Notes under the pieces: model-generated
Seen by the model: the letters and a program-made list of their open reading frames with translations, nothing else
Told to the model about the DNA's origin: nothing
The model's database searches: none
Program-made: the position numbers and the translations under genes
Shown here: piece after piece, positions 39,154 to 49,986 of the stretch
How positions within the stretch are numbered: position 1 is the stretch's first letter
Layout of the letters: each line of letters starts with the position of its first letter
NCBI GenBank assembly: GCA_963665665.1
Contig: OY762428.1
Coordinates: 1,184,001 to 1,248,000, forward strand
Reading direction: 5' to 3'
Source: Candidatus Kapaibacterium sp.
GTDB lineage: Bacteria; Bacteroidota; Ignavibacteria; Kapaibacteriales; UBA2268
Length of the DNA: 64,000 nt

Positions 39154-39594
39154 ATGGAAATGAAAAAAATCAAGGATATAAACGTAAGTACACTAAACGG
39201 AGAAACCGTTAACCTGATGGATGTTTATAAAAACAAACCAATGCTGATACTATTCTTCAACCTGAAATGCCTTGGCTGTGTCGGACGGGGCATTCCGCTT
39301 GCTTATGATTTCATGCAGGAATTCGTTGGCCTGAATGTTATGGCAATCCACAGTAAATTTACCGATGAAGTTTTTACTAAAGAAGATATTCTTGATATTT
39401 TCATCGATAATGCTCTCCCCTTCCCAATTTATTTTGATAATGAACACGATGTTTACGATCAGTTTGAATGCGAGGGCACTCCGCACTGGATAACAATAAA
39501 CAGAACTGGCGAGATTCACCGCTCGCTTTTCGGTTCGCAGGAAAACGCATCAAACCGCCTGGGCTATGTACTTCAAGACCTGATGGAAGGTTAA
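39154..39594 (+). CDS. Redoxin/TlpA-like thioredoxin-fold protein
   Basis: CLGC motif, FPIYFD, GTPHW. The upstream ORF-track extension from 38962 is judged spurious. Confidence 0.82.
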   Translation: MEMKKIKDINVSTLNGETVNLMDVYKNKPMLILFFNLKCLGCVGRGIPLAYDFMQEFVGLNVMAIHSKFTDEVFTKEDILDIFIDNALPFPIYFDNEHDVYDQFECEGTPHWITINRTGEIHRSLFGSQENASNRLGYVLQDLMEG

Positions 39595-39695
39595 TAATAA
39601 AAAGTCAAATACAAAAAATGATAAATTTCATCTTTGCCAAAAGACTTAATAGTATTAAATTGTGAGGTTTTTTGTGACTGAACGGATTATTGTTG

Positions 39696-40709
39696 ATGAA
39701 AAAACCGGATTTAAAAATTCATTTCACTGATTTCTGGCCTGTATTCAATCCGCAGGACAATCTCTTTGTTAAATTGTTGAGCAAAAAGTATAATTTATTA
39801 TTTGACAATCAAAATCCGGACATTCTATTTTATTCGGTTTTCGGATGTGAACATCATTATTACAATACAAAGAGAATTCAGTTCATCGGGGAAAATATCA
39901 GGCCCAACTTCAAGGAATGCGACTACGCATTTTCCTTCGATTATATTGATTCGGACCGCCATTACAGGCTGCCTCTTTACGCTCTATACATGGAAGAAAA
40001 TGATATCAGCTCAGTTTTTCGCGAACCAGATATTGATAAAATCCTTAATGAAAAAAAGCGCTTCTGCAATTTTATCTATTCAAATCCAGGACAAAAGAAA
40101 AGAAACGAATTCTTCAAAAAACTATCAAAGTATAAAAAAGTTGACAGCGGTGGCAGGTTATATCGAAATATTGACCGACCGATTCTTAATAAAATTGATT
40201 TTATTAAGGAGTATAAATTTACAATTTCCTTCGAGAACTCTTCTTACCCGGGATATACGACGGAGAAGATTTTCGAACCGATGATTGTTGGCAGCCTTCC
40301 TATATATTGGGGCAATCCCTTAGTCGATAAAGATTTTAATTCTAAAAGTTTTCTGAACTACTTTGATTATAACAACGATGAAGAGCTGATAGAACGTATT
40401 ATTGAAATTGACAATGACGATAATCTTCTCGCTGAAATTCTTAAGCAACCCTTCTTCCAGGGTAACAAAGTTAACGAATTCGTCAGTCATGATAATATTC
40501 TGAATAAACTAACAGAAATAATTGAATCGGATATCCGGCTTGTCAGTTCCGGTTCAAATGTATTTTCCAAAAATCCGCTACTTGCCAAAGCAGCAAAAAA
40601 TCAAATAAAGGCCTCCTGGCAGGCTTCTGTATATTATCAGAAAATGAAAAATTTTAAGTTTTATAAATTTAAGATCAAGCTTGATAAAATTATAAATAAG
40701 CCCCGGTAA
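39696..40709 (+). CDS. GT10 alpha-1,3-fucosyltransferase
   Basis: Alpha-1,3-FucT motif YKFTISFENSSYPGYTTEKI; PIYWG; GENIRPNF. Confidence 0.92.
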   Translation: MKKPDLKIHFTDFWPVFNPQDNLFVKLLSKKYNLLFDNQNPDILFYSVFGCEHHYYNTKRIQFIGENIRPNFKECDYAFSFDYIDSDRHYRLPLYALYMEENDISSVFREPDIDKILNEKKRFCNFIYSNPGQKKRNEFFKKLSKYKKVDSGGRLYRNIDRPILNKIDFIKEYKFTISFENSSYPGYTTEKIFEPMIVGSLPIYWGNPLVDKDFNSKSFLNYFDYNNDEELIERIIEIDNDDNLLAEILKQPFFQGNKVNEFVSHDNILNKLTEIIESDIRLVSSGSNVFSKNPLLAKAAKNQIKASWQASVYYQKMKNFKFYKFKIKLDKIINKPR

Positions 40710-40710
40710 G

Positions 40711-41757
40711 CTATTTCTCCAATAATTCCTTCATTTTTATAAATACATTTCCGGCTGTTATCGAAGTCATACATTCCAATGTACCGAGCGGGCATTCTTT
40801 GCTGCCATGTATTGCGCAAGGCCTGCATTTCAAATTTTCGTTCTGCATTATTGCATTTGTTCCGGACATTGGAGAAAATCCAAATTCAGGTACAGTAGGG
40901 CCAAAAATTGCTATTACAGGACATCCGGCAAGCCATGCAAAATGGGTGGGAGCGCTGTCGTTTGTTATCAGCAATTTTGATTTTGACAGCAAATTAATTG
41001 TTTCAGGTATCGTAGTTTTTCCGCACAGGTTAACAGCTCCGCTTTTAGAAGATATTAATTCACACACAGGTTCATCAGCCGCTCCGCCAATTAAAACCGG
41101 TATAAAATCATTAGATAATAATATGCCTGCTAATTCCGAGAATCTTTCTTCCGGCCATTTTTTTGTTTCCCATACGGATCCGGGAGCCAATACTATTAGT
41201 TTCTTATCATTATAAGGATTGATTTCCTTGATTATATTATCAACCTTACTTTCAATTTCATCGCTATATTTTACTAATCCGGTTAATACCGGCTCATCAG
41301 GACAATATTGCAATTTTTTTAATAATTCATAATTACGATAAATTTCATGCCGGTGAATTTTATATTTAGCTCTTTTAGTATATAAATATGATATTGATGC
41401 TTTGTTGAAGCCAATTTTTGCATCGGATTTGGTATGATAAGCAATTAATGTAGAGCGTAAAGACCTGTGTGGTACAATCAGGCATTCAGTTCCAAATTCG
41501 TCAATTTTTGCAGCAATATCCTTAATACCACTATACCCTTTTTGGGCTTTCCTTTTATCGAAACTTACTACTTCCCTGATAAAGGGAGACATTTTTGTAA
41601 TTGACGATGCGGCGGGAGTTGTAACAAACTGAATTCTCGCTTCAGGATTAACTGAAATAATTGTGGCAGGCAGATGCATTGTAAGTGCCACATCACCAAG
41701 AAAGGCCGTATTAAGTATTGAATAACTTTTATAATCGTAAAGGCTATTTTTTTTCAT
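40711..41757 (-). CDS. waaF: GT9 LPS heptosyltransferase (WaaF-like)
   Basis: TAFLGDV, APGSVWETKKWP, TNDSAPTH, FGPT, CRPC..HG..CP. Confidence 0.85.
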   Translation of the reverse strand: MKKNSLYDYKSYSILNTAFLGDVALTMHLPATIISVNPEARIQFVTTPAASSITKMSPFIREVVSFDKRKAQKGYSGIKDIAAKIDEFGTECLIVPHRSLRSTLIAYHTKSDAKIGFNKASISYLYTKRAKYKIHRHEIYRNYELLKKLQYCPDEPVLTGLVKYSDEIESKVDNIIKEINPYNDKKLIVLAPGSVWETKKWPEERFSELAGILLSNDFIPVLIGGAADEPVCELISSKSGAVNLCGKTTIPETINLLSKSKLLITNDSAPTHFAWLAGCPVIAIFGPTVPEFGFSPMSGTNAIMQNENLKCRPCAIHGSKECPLGTLECMTSITAGNVFIKMKELLEK

Positions 41758-42655
41758 TATTAACTCCCGGTGGTTGATGTTTCCATCTTCTGTGCTGCCA
41801 TGCCCAGAGTTCAGGTTTCTTCCTTATCTGGTTTTCAAGCTCCCGGACGTGCCTTTTAGTTAGTTCAAGGATTCCCTCGGTTGTATCTTCAAGATCATCG
41901 TGAGGTATTTCTTTCAACTCGACCATGTATCTTCCGTCATTCTGTCTTTCGGCAAATCCCATAATAATCGGTGTTTCAAACTTCAATGCCAGAGCAGCCG
42001 GTGATTCAAACGTTGATGCCGGCCTGCCAAAAAAATCAACAAAAACATCCTTATCTTTAGAAGCACTTTGGTCGGCAAGCAGAGCAACTGTCTCGCCTTT
42101 ACGAATTGTTTTCACAATTGTCATAGCCGCTTTGTACATTGAAACAATTTTATTACCCGAACGGGTTCGGAATTTATTCAGGTAATTGTCGAAATATTTA
42201 TTCTTCTGTGGTTTAACAATGATCGTACAGGGAATACCTGTGAATATTCCGGCAGAATATGCCAGTATTTCCCAGTTCCCATAATGTCCTGACAATAAAA
42301 TCAGGCCTTTACCCCGGGCATGAAGATTACGAACCATATCAATATTTTTATATTCAATCAGATTCTTCAGGCTATCATCATCCATATTCCTGAAAACAAG
42401 AGATTCAAGTAATACTATACCAAGATTCTGAAATGATTTTTTTGAAATAATTTCAATTCCGGATAATGCTTTTTCAGGAAAAGCCTTGGACAAATTATTA
42501 AAAGTAATCCTTCTTCTTGATGGTGAAATCAGGTAAAACACATTTCCCAATATCTTACCAAATGCTCCCGCAGCTTCAAAACCAAAAAATGATATTACTT
42601 TTCCAATAATCAATAATATATTCGTTATAAATATTTCCTGAAATTTTATTTTCAT
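41744..42655 (-). CDS. Lipid A biosynthesis acyltransferase (LpxL/HtrB family)
   Basis: SGHYGNWE, LLADQ, FFG, PELWAWQHRRWK. Confidence 0.9.
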   Translation of the reverse strand: MKIKFQEIFITNILLIIGKVISFFGFEAAGAFGKILGNVFYLISPSRRRITFNNLSKAFPEKALSGIEIISKKSFQNLGIVLLESLVFRNMDDDSLKNLIEYKNIDMVRNLHARGKGLILLSGHYGNWEILAYSAGIFTGIPCTIIVKPQKNKYFDNYLNKFRTRSGNKIVSMYKAAMTIVKTIRKGETVALLADQSASKDKDVFVDFFGRPASTFESPAALALKFETPIIMGFAERQNDGRYMVELKEIPHDDLEDTTEGILELTKRHVRELENQIRKKPELWAWQHRRWKHQPPGVNNEKK

Positions 42656-42657
42656 CT

Positions 42658-44085
42658 CTACAAACCATTGTCCTGTGTATCGTTATTATCGCGAAAGATC
42701 TGCACATTGTTTCTGAACCAATCCGGATCATACATTTCCCCGGTCATATTGGAATGAACCAGAAGATAATTACTTATTCCCTGCCTGTCCACAAAAAAGA
42801 ATTCCGAACCGCCCCTTAATTCAGCGTAGAACCAACGCTCGTAAGGCCTGTTGTTGCCTTCCTGTGGAAATCTCTCTATTTCAGTAGGTTGGCCATATAC
42901 TAACAATATCCTGCCCCGATCGGTTCTCCAGCCGTCTCTTAACTCACCAACTTTGAAAAACTTGTTAGCATAATCAATATTTCTTCTGTATTCAACCAAT
43001 TTTTCGTTAACAGGGGTCTGGTTATCAGTATCCCTTAGTTTCCAGAACCTGTAAAGAAATCTTTGTTTTGCCTCGGTGGTTTCAAGTATTTCAAATTTTT
43101 CTTTCTCATCTTTTGTTGCAAGATATTTTGCCTGCTGGAATTCAAGTTCCAGCCTGGCATCAGACATTGTGGAAAATTCACTTTGCTCGAAAGTACCACT
43201 TTCAATAAATTTTGTTAATTGTTCAGGCGGCATTTCAGGATTGATATAATAGAATCTTTTCTTTGTTCTAATTGTATCATTAGAATTTTTTGTTTTATTC
43301 ACTATACTTGCAGTAAGGAAATACAAGCCACTGGTTAATGGGTCGAGAGATAACTCAACTATTTGCCCCATACCGTCGGAATATGGCTTAAGTGATTTAT
43401 TTAAAGTAACTATTTCCTTATTCAGCGCATTGTCAAGCCTGTATGAAATCTCAATTTCATCACCACCAAAAGTTGCGGCATTGTAAATTTCGTAATAACC
43501 TCTTAATATGGGGTTATCGCCATAGAAAGTAATTTCCGGATTGGGAACAACATAAATATTGTTTTTAACAAACATTTTATTCCATGTATCATTTTTTGTT
43601 GTATCGGCACTGATGAACCTTGCAAGCTGTATCTGGCTTATTCCGATAGTTTTCTCCGGAAATGATTCGGCTGTAAACTTAAATTTTTTTTCGGCCTTAG
43701 TAGATGGATCATATACATCCCTTACCTTCAATACCACTTCATACTTGCCCGGGCTTACAGAATATTTCTTTTCGCCCATAAGGTCCTGCATCAACTTTTT
43801 CGATGGCGATTTTGTTGTATGCTTCAATTCCCAGGAATCAGTCAGCGTATCCAATCCTGATGATATTAACAGCAAATCAATTTTTAACCTGCCCTCGTAA
43901 TTGCCCTCGTTGACGTATTCATATTTCAGCAATGTATCCGGAAATGAATAATATATCTCCCAAATTAAATTTTTTCCCTCACCCCTGAACAAAGCGGCAT
44001 CAAATGATAAATTTACTCTTTTCGCCGGTACAGAATGAGCAAATGAAGATAATAAAAAAAGTATTAAGAAAATCGACCTTTTCAT
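42658..44085 (-). CDS. GWxTD domain protein
   Basis: FWKLRD..TPVNE...YANKFF...GWRTDRGRILLVYGQP; signal peptide. Confidence 0.9.
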   Translation of the reverse strand: MKRSIFLILFLLSSFAHSVPAKRVNLSFDAALFRGEGKNLIWEIYYSFPDTLLKYEYVNEGNYEGRLKIDLLLISSGLDTLTDSWELKHTTKSPSKKLMQDLMGEKKYSVSPGKYEVVLKVRDVYDPSTKAEKKFKFTAESFPEKTIGISQIQLARFISADTTKNDTWNKMFVKNNIYVVPNPEITFYGDNPILRGYYEIYNAATFGGDEIEISYRLDNALNKEIVTLNKSLKPYSDGMGQIVELSLDPLTSGLYFLTASIVNKTKNSNDTIRTKKRFYYINPEMPPEQLTKFIESGTFEQSEFSTMSDARLELEFQQAKYLATKDEKEKFEILETTEAKQRFLYRFWKLRDTDNQTPVNEKLVEYRRNIDYANKFFKVGELRDGWRTDRGRILLVYGQPTEIERFPQEGNNRPYERWFYAELRGGSEFFFVDRQGISNYLLVHSNMTGEMYDPDWFRNNVQIFRDNNDTQDNGL

Positions 44086-44148
44086 ATTAGCACCATAGTT
44101 AAAATATTAAACATATATATATCCGGCGAAACTTTAAAAATTTATTTT

Positions 44149-44185
44149 AAAAAAAATGCCGCCCTTTTGAATATAAGAGCGGCAT
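44149..44185 (-). terminator. Intrinsic terminator after the PorV-like gene
   Basis: Minus strand atgccgctctt...aaagggcggcat followed by a T run. Confidence 0.8.
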
Positions 44186-44206
44186 AATCAAAAATAAAAC
44201 TTCGGC

Positions 44207-45250
44207 TTAGTCCATTTTCATGCCAATTGAAATTCTGTGTACTGTTGTGAAGTCTTCCAATGGGCTTATTGAATAATTAACAGAACCGTTGAATCCGCCA
44301 CCAATATACTGGATACCAGCGCCGCCGGAGAATCCGAATGAATCCTGGCCAAGCAGGTAACCGGCGCGTAATGAAAGCAGATTGTGCCATGTATATTCTG
44401 CTCCGAGAGCAAACTGCTCGGGAACATCAGAATATGTAAAGAAGTCGGCAGCAACCAAAAGTTTGTGTTCATCTTCAATATTAATAATTTCCGATGACAA
44501 ACCGGCACGGAATATCAATGGAATGTTGTATGAACTGGAAAGATATTCAGCATCAAGCGGGCTTGCGTCAAGAGATGTGAACAACTGTTTTGTTGTCCTC
44601 AGGTCCTGACCCATGTACTGCATGGTTGTACCAAGATTAAAAATAGCAAAACCAAGAGTAATACCCTGAATACCGGTATAATATTTCGTTCCTACGTCAA
44701 ATGCAATACCGTCACTGGAAAGGCTTGCAAATGAATTCTGAATATACTTTGCTGTAATACCGAATGAGAACTGATCTGTGAGATAACCACTAAATGACAG
44801 CCCTACTTCAACATCACTTACAGTATATTTAGAACCTGTTCCCTGCTGTTCTTCCATTGTTGTAATCGGAATCGGGTCGGAAGAAAAGCTGATTGCGTGA
44901 GCAGCAACAGTAAAGCTTTCGCCAAGTGGAGCTGCAACAGCGGCAAAATTGTGTGAAAAATCAGCAAACCACTGAGTATAAGAGAAATTTGCCCCTAATC
45001 CTTTCACGTCGGCAAGGCCAGCCGGGTTCCAGAAAATTGATGTAATATCGTTTGCAACGCCTGTATAAGCGCCACCCATAGCATTTGCCCTGGCGCCAAC
45101 TCCAATTTTAAGGAACTGGGAGCCAGAGGCACCAATTTTTTCAAAATCACCTGCTGACGACCCGTAAACTACATTGTCAACAGCCTTTGCCTGGTAGCTG
45201 AATAAGATCAGCACGAGACTTAAACAAATAATTGAAAATAATTTTTTCAT
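44207..45250 (-). CDS. PorV/PorQ family outer-membrane beta-barrel
   Basis: QFLKIGVGARANAMGGA...FWNPAGLA; LRAGY; HRISIG. Start reassigned to ATG 45250. Confidence 0.88.
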   Translation of the reverse strand: MKKLFSIICLSLVLILFSYQAKAVDNVVYGSSAGDFEKIGASGSQFLKIGVGARANAMGGAYTGVANDITSIFWNPAGLADVKGLGANFSYTQWFADFSHNFAAVAAPLGESFTVAAHAISFSSDPIPITTMEEQQGTGSKYTVSDVEVGLSFSGYLTDQFSFGITAKYIQNSFASLSSDGIAFDVGTKYYTGIQGITLGFAIFNLGTTMQYMGQDLRTTKQLFTSLDASPLDAEYLSSSYNIPLIFRAGLSSEIINIEDEHKLLVAADFFTYSDVPEQFALGAEYTWHNLLSLRAGYLLGQDSFGFSGGAGIQYIGGGFNGSVNYSISPLEDFTTVHRISIGMKMD

Positions 45251-45290
45251 TTTATTACGTACTCCGATAATTTTTTTCAAATTTTTAAAT

Positions 45291-45320
45291 TCAGGCCGGT
45301 TTAATAATAATCCGGCCTGA
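45291..45320. other. Intercistronic stem-loop
   Basis: tcaggccgg-N12-ccggcctga; no U-tract on the coding strand. Confidence 0.65.
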
Positions 45321-45329
45321 TCATTAATA

Positions 45330-48300
45330 TTAATTATCATCAGATATAATCCTGAATCCACCAACTACAACAGAGAATTTCTTCACTGTCTGAGCTCCGT
45401 CCGGAGTTTTAATTAAAGCTACCAGAGTCTGACTTTCAATTCTTTGTTTATTTGTTGAAAGTAAATCCCAAACTTCAACTGAATGCCTGTCAACTTCGCC
45501 GGTTCTACCATCGTGCTCGATTGTCTGGATAAGATCACCGAGTACAGTATAAATTTCAATTGTACAAACAGGAGGAAGTTTTGTGAAATAGATTCTGCCG
45601 TCATAAGGTGATTTCTGTCCCTGGTGTGTAACATAATACGGGTTAGGAACAACCATCACATCATCCATCATATCGTCTGAATATTTACCATCAAGAGGCT
45701 GTTTCTGGCTAACAGTAAAGCGTACTTTTGCATTTGGTAAAGGAAGCCCGAGAGCACCGCCAAATGTTTTGAATGTAACTTTGTCGCCATCTTTAAAGTC
45801 AGGGCCGCCCCACTGGTATTCATCAACAGGAACAGAAAATGGCTCATCATTACCATATACATCATTCCAGTCATTATTGGAGGCAGTTTTGAAACGTGCT
45901 TTATTAGCATAATCCATTACAAACTGGCAACTGGAAACTACAACCCTGTGTGTAAAGTCAATAGTATCCTGTCCGTCTTCGGAAACTGCTGTAAGATAAT
46001 ATCTTCCCTGCTGTCCGATAATCGGGAACTGCTGTTCGGAAAGCCAGCCTGAAACAGGTTTTGCTATCTGCCTTGGAACTCTGATTGTTGTATTAACCCT
46101 TCTACCGTTAACAAAACCAACAGCAGAAATATTATATTTATCAATCATATCTTCACTATCAAAACCAAGTGTCTTTGGATGCGGATATGATTCAAGAGTC
46201 TCATTTCCATCCACAACAGTATCAATAGGAATATATTTGTGTTCCATTATATTCGGATATCTAACAGCAACAGAATCAAGTGAGTTCATTGATACAGGCC
46301 TGTTATAGGATATTACATTCTTAACAACCATATCAAGATATCTAACCTGGAATGTATTTCTGTCAGCGCCATTATTCCATGTAAGGTCCATTGTTTCAAC
46401 CCCGCCATTATCTACAAATTCAACTTCAACTTCGGCAGGGCCGTTATTGAATGAACTGTAAACAGGAACAGGATACCAGGAAGTACCAGTATTTAATGCA
46501 GACTGCTGAGCTACTTCCATTGTTGTGTAACACTCACTTGTGTACTCTAAAATATCTCCATCTTCAACTCTTTGACGATCGACATCAATAAATGATACAG
46601 GTGTGATAGCTTCAACACCAGAGTTCTTTATTGCTGTATCCGGCCTGTACCTTCCGCCCCACTGCTCTAAGCTGTAACGGAAACTGAATCCCATTGTGCC
46701 ATAAGCTTCGCGGGAGAAACTATAATTATAGCAGAAACGAGGAGTTCTGAAATCGCCTGTTTTGAATTCACCGGAACGATATCTTTTCTCCCTGTTATAG
46801 GGCCTTCCGAATGTAATTTCTTTATTTGAAATCGAGTCGATAATTACTTCGTCAGACAGGATGTATGAGTAAGAGTTCTCTGTGAAAGCACCCCTGTAAA
46901 GGAACTGGCAGGGAGATACTTCAAGAAGAGTAACACCGTCGAATAATACATCGTCTGTTTTTTCATTTTTAATAGTCATTCTTCTGCGGTAAAGGCCAAA
47001 TTCTCTTTCATTGTCTTCGCCAAAGCGAATTGTTGAAAGATCCCAGTAAGGATTAAACTCAAGAACCAGAGTATCACCGCCAAAGAGCTGTGTTACCCTG
47101 TCTTCGTCTATCGCGAAGAATTTGAAATCATAAAGGCCGCCAATAAGACTGGAGTCAACGCTGAGAATATTAAATTCAAGTTCTTCTCCAATTTCTTCAG
47201 CTTTTGGTATTGAAGTTACAACGTTAGGAGTCTGTGTGTTACCACTGTTAATCTTCACAGGTGTTTTCTGTGCGTAATCACCTTCGTCATAAGCAAGCAT
47301 TTTATAATAATAATCAACATTGTTGATAATTTTCTCGGTTTTTGCCGGATCATCGTTCAGGGAAATAACACCGTCAACATTATCATCACCGATATCAACA
47401 AATGTTCGGCCATTAGTCTGTTGTTCCATGTAAGGTTTAATTACACTGTCAAGAACATTAAATCCGCGGGATTCATCAACAGCATAAAGATCTGGAAATA
47501 TTAGCTTAACCGAACCATCCTCGATGAACTGATAAAGAGAATCCAGAGCAGCCTGAACGTGCGCGCTGTCAAGCATGCATTCTTCAGGATTTTCAAAAGG
47601 AGTTCTTGTATCAATTACCCATCTGTCGGCACCGTCAACTTCAATCTGCCTGTATGTATTCCTGAGATAAACTTTAATTATCTCGTTTGTTGTCTCGTCT
47701 TTTACAATACCGTTTTCAGGAAGTCCTGTGGTATCGTCAATAGTTTCAGTTTTCGAGTAGAAAAGCAATGGGTTGTAATCGATAAGAGCTGTATTAAGTT
47801 CAGCTTTACCAACCATAACATTTTCCATAATAAAATGATTCGGCTCATCTTCTCTCCAAATCATCGGTGTAGCGCCTTCTTCAACAAAACTGTTATAATA
47901 CGGACCCCATGGCCTGGAACTTGAAACCGTATCAAACATAGCAATGATCGGCGTATACAGACCAGCATTTAATACTCCGGCAAGTGAGTCGCCAAATACC
48001 CTTACACCCTGGCCAAGACGAAGAACACGAATTGAATTCATATCAACCTGTCCGTTTTCAATTACAGGGTAGAGAATTCTAAGTGAATCAATATACGGAT
48101 ACCCTGTTCCGGGTTCATTTCCGCCGGCAACATGAGAAGATTTCTGGAATGGAGTGGGTAACTGCCACTGAGCAATCTGTTTCCATCCAAACGGGCCTTT
48201 TCCTGAAGGATATGCCAGGTTGGCAGCTTCATTGTTTACGCTGAATGTATCAAGGTCATCCCTGCGTGCACGATATAGCCTGTAGCCAAGAAAATCAAGG

Positions 48301-49895
48301 CCGTCTTCTATTTTATCCTGTGATTCTTCTGATTTTTCGTCCCAATGAACAATTACGCCATTATTAATCGGACTATAAGTTAATTCACACCTCTGCGGCG
48401 GAGTAGGAGCGCGGAAGTTATTGTCGTAAACAGCCTGTGCAAATTTATCTCTTTCCACAAGGTCGGCAAGGTCTTCTTCCGATCCGTCCGTTTCATCCCT
48501 TACAGAAGCATTAGCAAGAACAATAGCAACCACAACACGAACAGTATCGCCCGGCCTCATGTGGAAGGGCCCGGTTGCCATCATAAATCGTTTATCACCA
48601 GGGCCGTTATCGCCGTCCCTCAGGCCTGACGACATAAAGTCGTACCTGCGATAATCCTCGTTTATATCATCTGCAATAGCCCAGTTACGGAATGTTCTCA
48701 AACCAAGCTGTTCCGCATTAGCATAAAAGCGTTTGTCCTTACGAACAAAATTTGTACTGTCAACAATTCTTTCAGCATAAGTTGTATCATAAACCCAAAC
48801 TGAATTAACAGAATCATAAGTTCTGTCAATTGTAGTGTCTATCACGTGAATAGTTGCAGGAGATTCCAGGAAGTCGAAACCAAGATATCCAAAGCCGTAG
48901 CCTTTTTCACCCTGGTCGTCGTTTGTCCACTGGAAAGCCATATTCAGTGTTGAATCTTCTTCATAATAACGAGTCCTGTCGTTAGCAGCACCATTCTGAG
49001 AGTTGGCGCCGCGGGCAATATCTACGTCCATAACCGGAGCCATCCAGCATTGCCAGAGTGTATCAGGCGAGAAGTTGATAATATCATATTTCAGGAAGAT
49101 AAAATCTTTATAATCGCCAAATCCCCATGAATAAATGGTTGTTTCAAACTGAAGGCGCATCGGGTATCCGCGGTCGAGCATTTCTGTAACACCACCGTCA
49201 AAGAAGTTAATATCAGTATCTTTGAATACTGCAATAATATCTTCACCGGAAATAAATGCGGGGCCTTTCGGGTGCTCTGCCACAGTCCTGAGTTCAGGAT
49301 CAGCTTCATAAGTACCGAAATAGCGGTTAAATTTAAGTGTATCGTTGGGGTCGTCGCTTGAATCCCAGATTGGCCATGCTTCCATGTCAGTATCACCGTA
49401 AGGTGTACCGTCGGAAGTATTAAAATCAGTAGAGAAATATGTTCTGTATTTTGTTGTTTCATCCTGATCTGCAAGGTCCTCATCATCATAAGCAATGTGG
49501 CCCGGCACCATCCAGGAACGTCCGTTATTCGGATTGTAGGAAACTTCAACATACTTTGTCATAACTGTATCTTCGGGAAGCCTGTATTTCTGCGAACCAA
49601 ACCAGATACCACCACCAAAGATGTACTGGTTCTGGGAGTTGCGCGGCCAATACCCGCCGCCACGTCCGGTGGCAACATTCAGGCCAAAGATACCATAGTT
49701 AGTTGTATAGAACTGTATATTACTTACAGTATTCTGCTGTAAATCAAAATATCCGGAATATGTTCTCTGAACCTGCTCTTTGTTTTTCTTTGCCACAGGC
49801 TCCACCGGAGTTTTTGTTTTCGCCATTAACTGAACTGATGATGTTGTAAACATCAGTACTGCCATGAAGAAAACAATTCTCTTAAATAATTTCAT
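45330..49895 (-). CDS. Large (1521 aa) secreted protein with divergent T9SS-like CTD
   Basis: Signal peptide; YIFGGGIWFG, GPFHMRPGDT, FLGYRLYR; CTD VVPNPY...IYFTKLP..CTIEIYT..GDLI...WDL. Confidence 0.85.
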   Translation of the reverse strand: MKLFKRIVFFMAVLMFTTSSVQLMAKTKTPVEPVAKKNKEQVQRTYSGYFDLQQNTVSNIQFYTTNYGIFGLNVATGRGGGYWPRNSQNQYIFGGGIWFGSQKYRLPEDTVMTKYVEVSYNPNNGRSWMVPGHIAYDDEDLADQDETTKYRTYFSTDFNTSDGTPYGDTDMEAWPIWDSSDDPNDTLKFNRYFGTYEADPELRTVAEHPKGPAFISGEDIIAVFKDTDINFFDGGVTEMLDRGYPMRLQFETTIYSWGFGDYKDFIFLKYDIINFSPDTLWQCWMAPVMDVDIARGANSQNGAANDRTRYYEEDSTLNMAFQWTNDDQGEKGYGFGYLGFDFLESPATIHVIDTTIDRTYDSVNSVWVYDTTYAERIVDSTNFVRKDKRFYANAEQLGLRTFRNWAIADDINEDYRRYDFMSSGLRDGDNGPGDKRFMMATGPFHMRPGDTVRVVVAIVLANASVRDETDGSEEDLADLVERDKFAQAVYDNNFRAPTPPQRCELTYSPINNGVIVHWDEKSEESQDKIEDGLDFLGYRLYRARRDDLDTFSVNNEAANLAYPSGKGPFGWKQIAQWQLPTPFQKSSHVAGGNEPGTGYPYIDSLRILYPVIENGQVDMNSIRVLRLGQGVRVFGDSLAGVLNAGLYTPIIAMFDTVSSSRPWGPYYNSFVEEGATPMIWREDEPNHFIMENVMVGKAELNTALIDYNPLLFYSKTETIDDTTGLPENGIVKDETTNEIIKVYLRNTYRQIEVDGADRWVIDTRTPFENPEECMLDSAHVQAALDSLYQFIEDGSVKLIFPDLYAVDESRGFNVLDSVIKPYMEQQTNGRTFVDIGDDNVDGVISLNDDPAKTEKIINNVDYYYKMLAYDEGDYAQKTPVKINSGNTQTPNVVTSIPKAEEIGEELEFNILSVDSSLIGGLYDFKFFAIDEDRVTQLFGGDTLVLEFNPYWDLSTIRFGEDNEREFGLYRRRMTIKNEKTDDVLFDGVTLLEVSPCQFLYRGAFTENSYSYILSDEVIIDSISNKEITFGRPYNREKRYRSGEFKTGDFRTPRFCYNYSFSREAYGTMGFSFRYSLEQWGGRYRPDTAIKNSGVEAITPVSFIDVDRQRVEDGDILEYTSECYTTMEVAQQSALNTGTSWYPVPVYSSFNNGPAEVEVEFVDNGGVETMDLTWNNGADRNTFQVRYLDMVVKNVISYNRPVSMNSLDSVAVRYPNIMEHKYIPIDTVVDGNETLESYPHPKTLGFDSEDMIDKYNISAVGFVNGRRVNTTIRVPRQIAKPVSGWLSEQQFPIIGQQGRYYLTAVSEDGQDTIDFTHRVVVSSCQFVMDYANKARFKTASNNDWNDVYGNDEPFSVPVDEYQWGGPDFKDGDKVTFKTFGGALGLPLPNAKVRFTVSQKQPLDGKYSDDMMDDVMVVPNPYYVTHQGQKSPYDGRIYFTKLPPVCTIEIYTVLGDLIQTIEHDGRTGEVDRHSVEVWDLLSTNKQRIESQTLVALIKTPDGAQTVKKFSVVVGGFRIISDDN

Positions 49896-49948
49896 AATTT
49901 TTTATCCTTTCGACAATACGCTGATAATTCAATTTTTAATAAATTACC

Positions 49949-49972
49949 GGGCCTGATGAAAAATTCAGGCCC
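49949..49972. other. Intercistronic stem-loop
   Basis: gggcctga...tcaggccc, between the TonB receptor and the giant substrate. Confidence 0.6.
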
Positions 49973-49986
49973 ATATCATACTAAAT

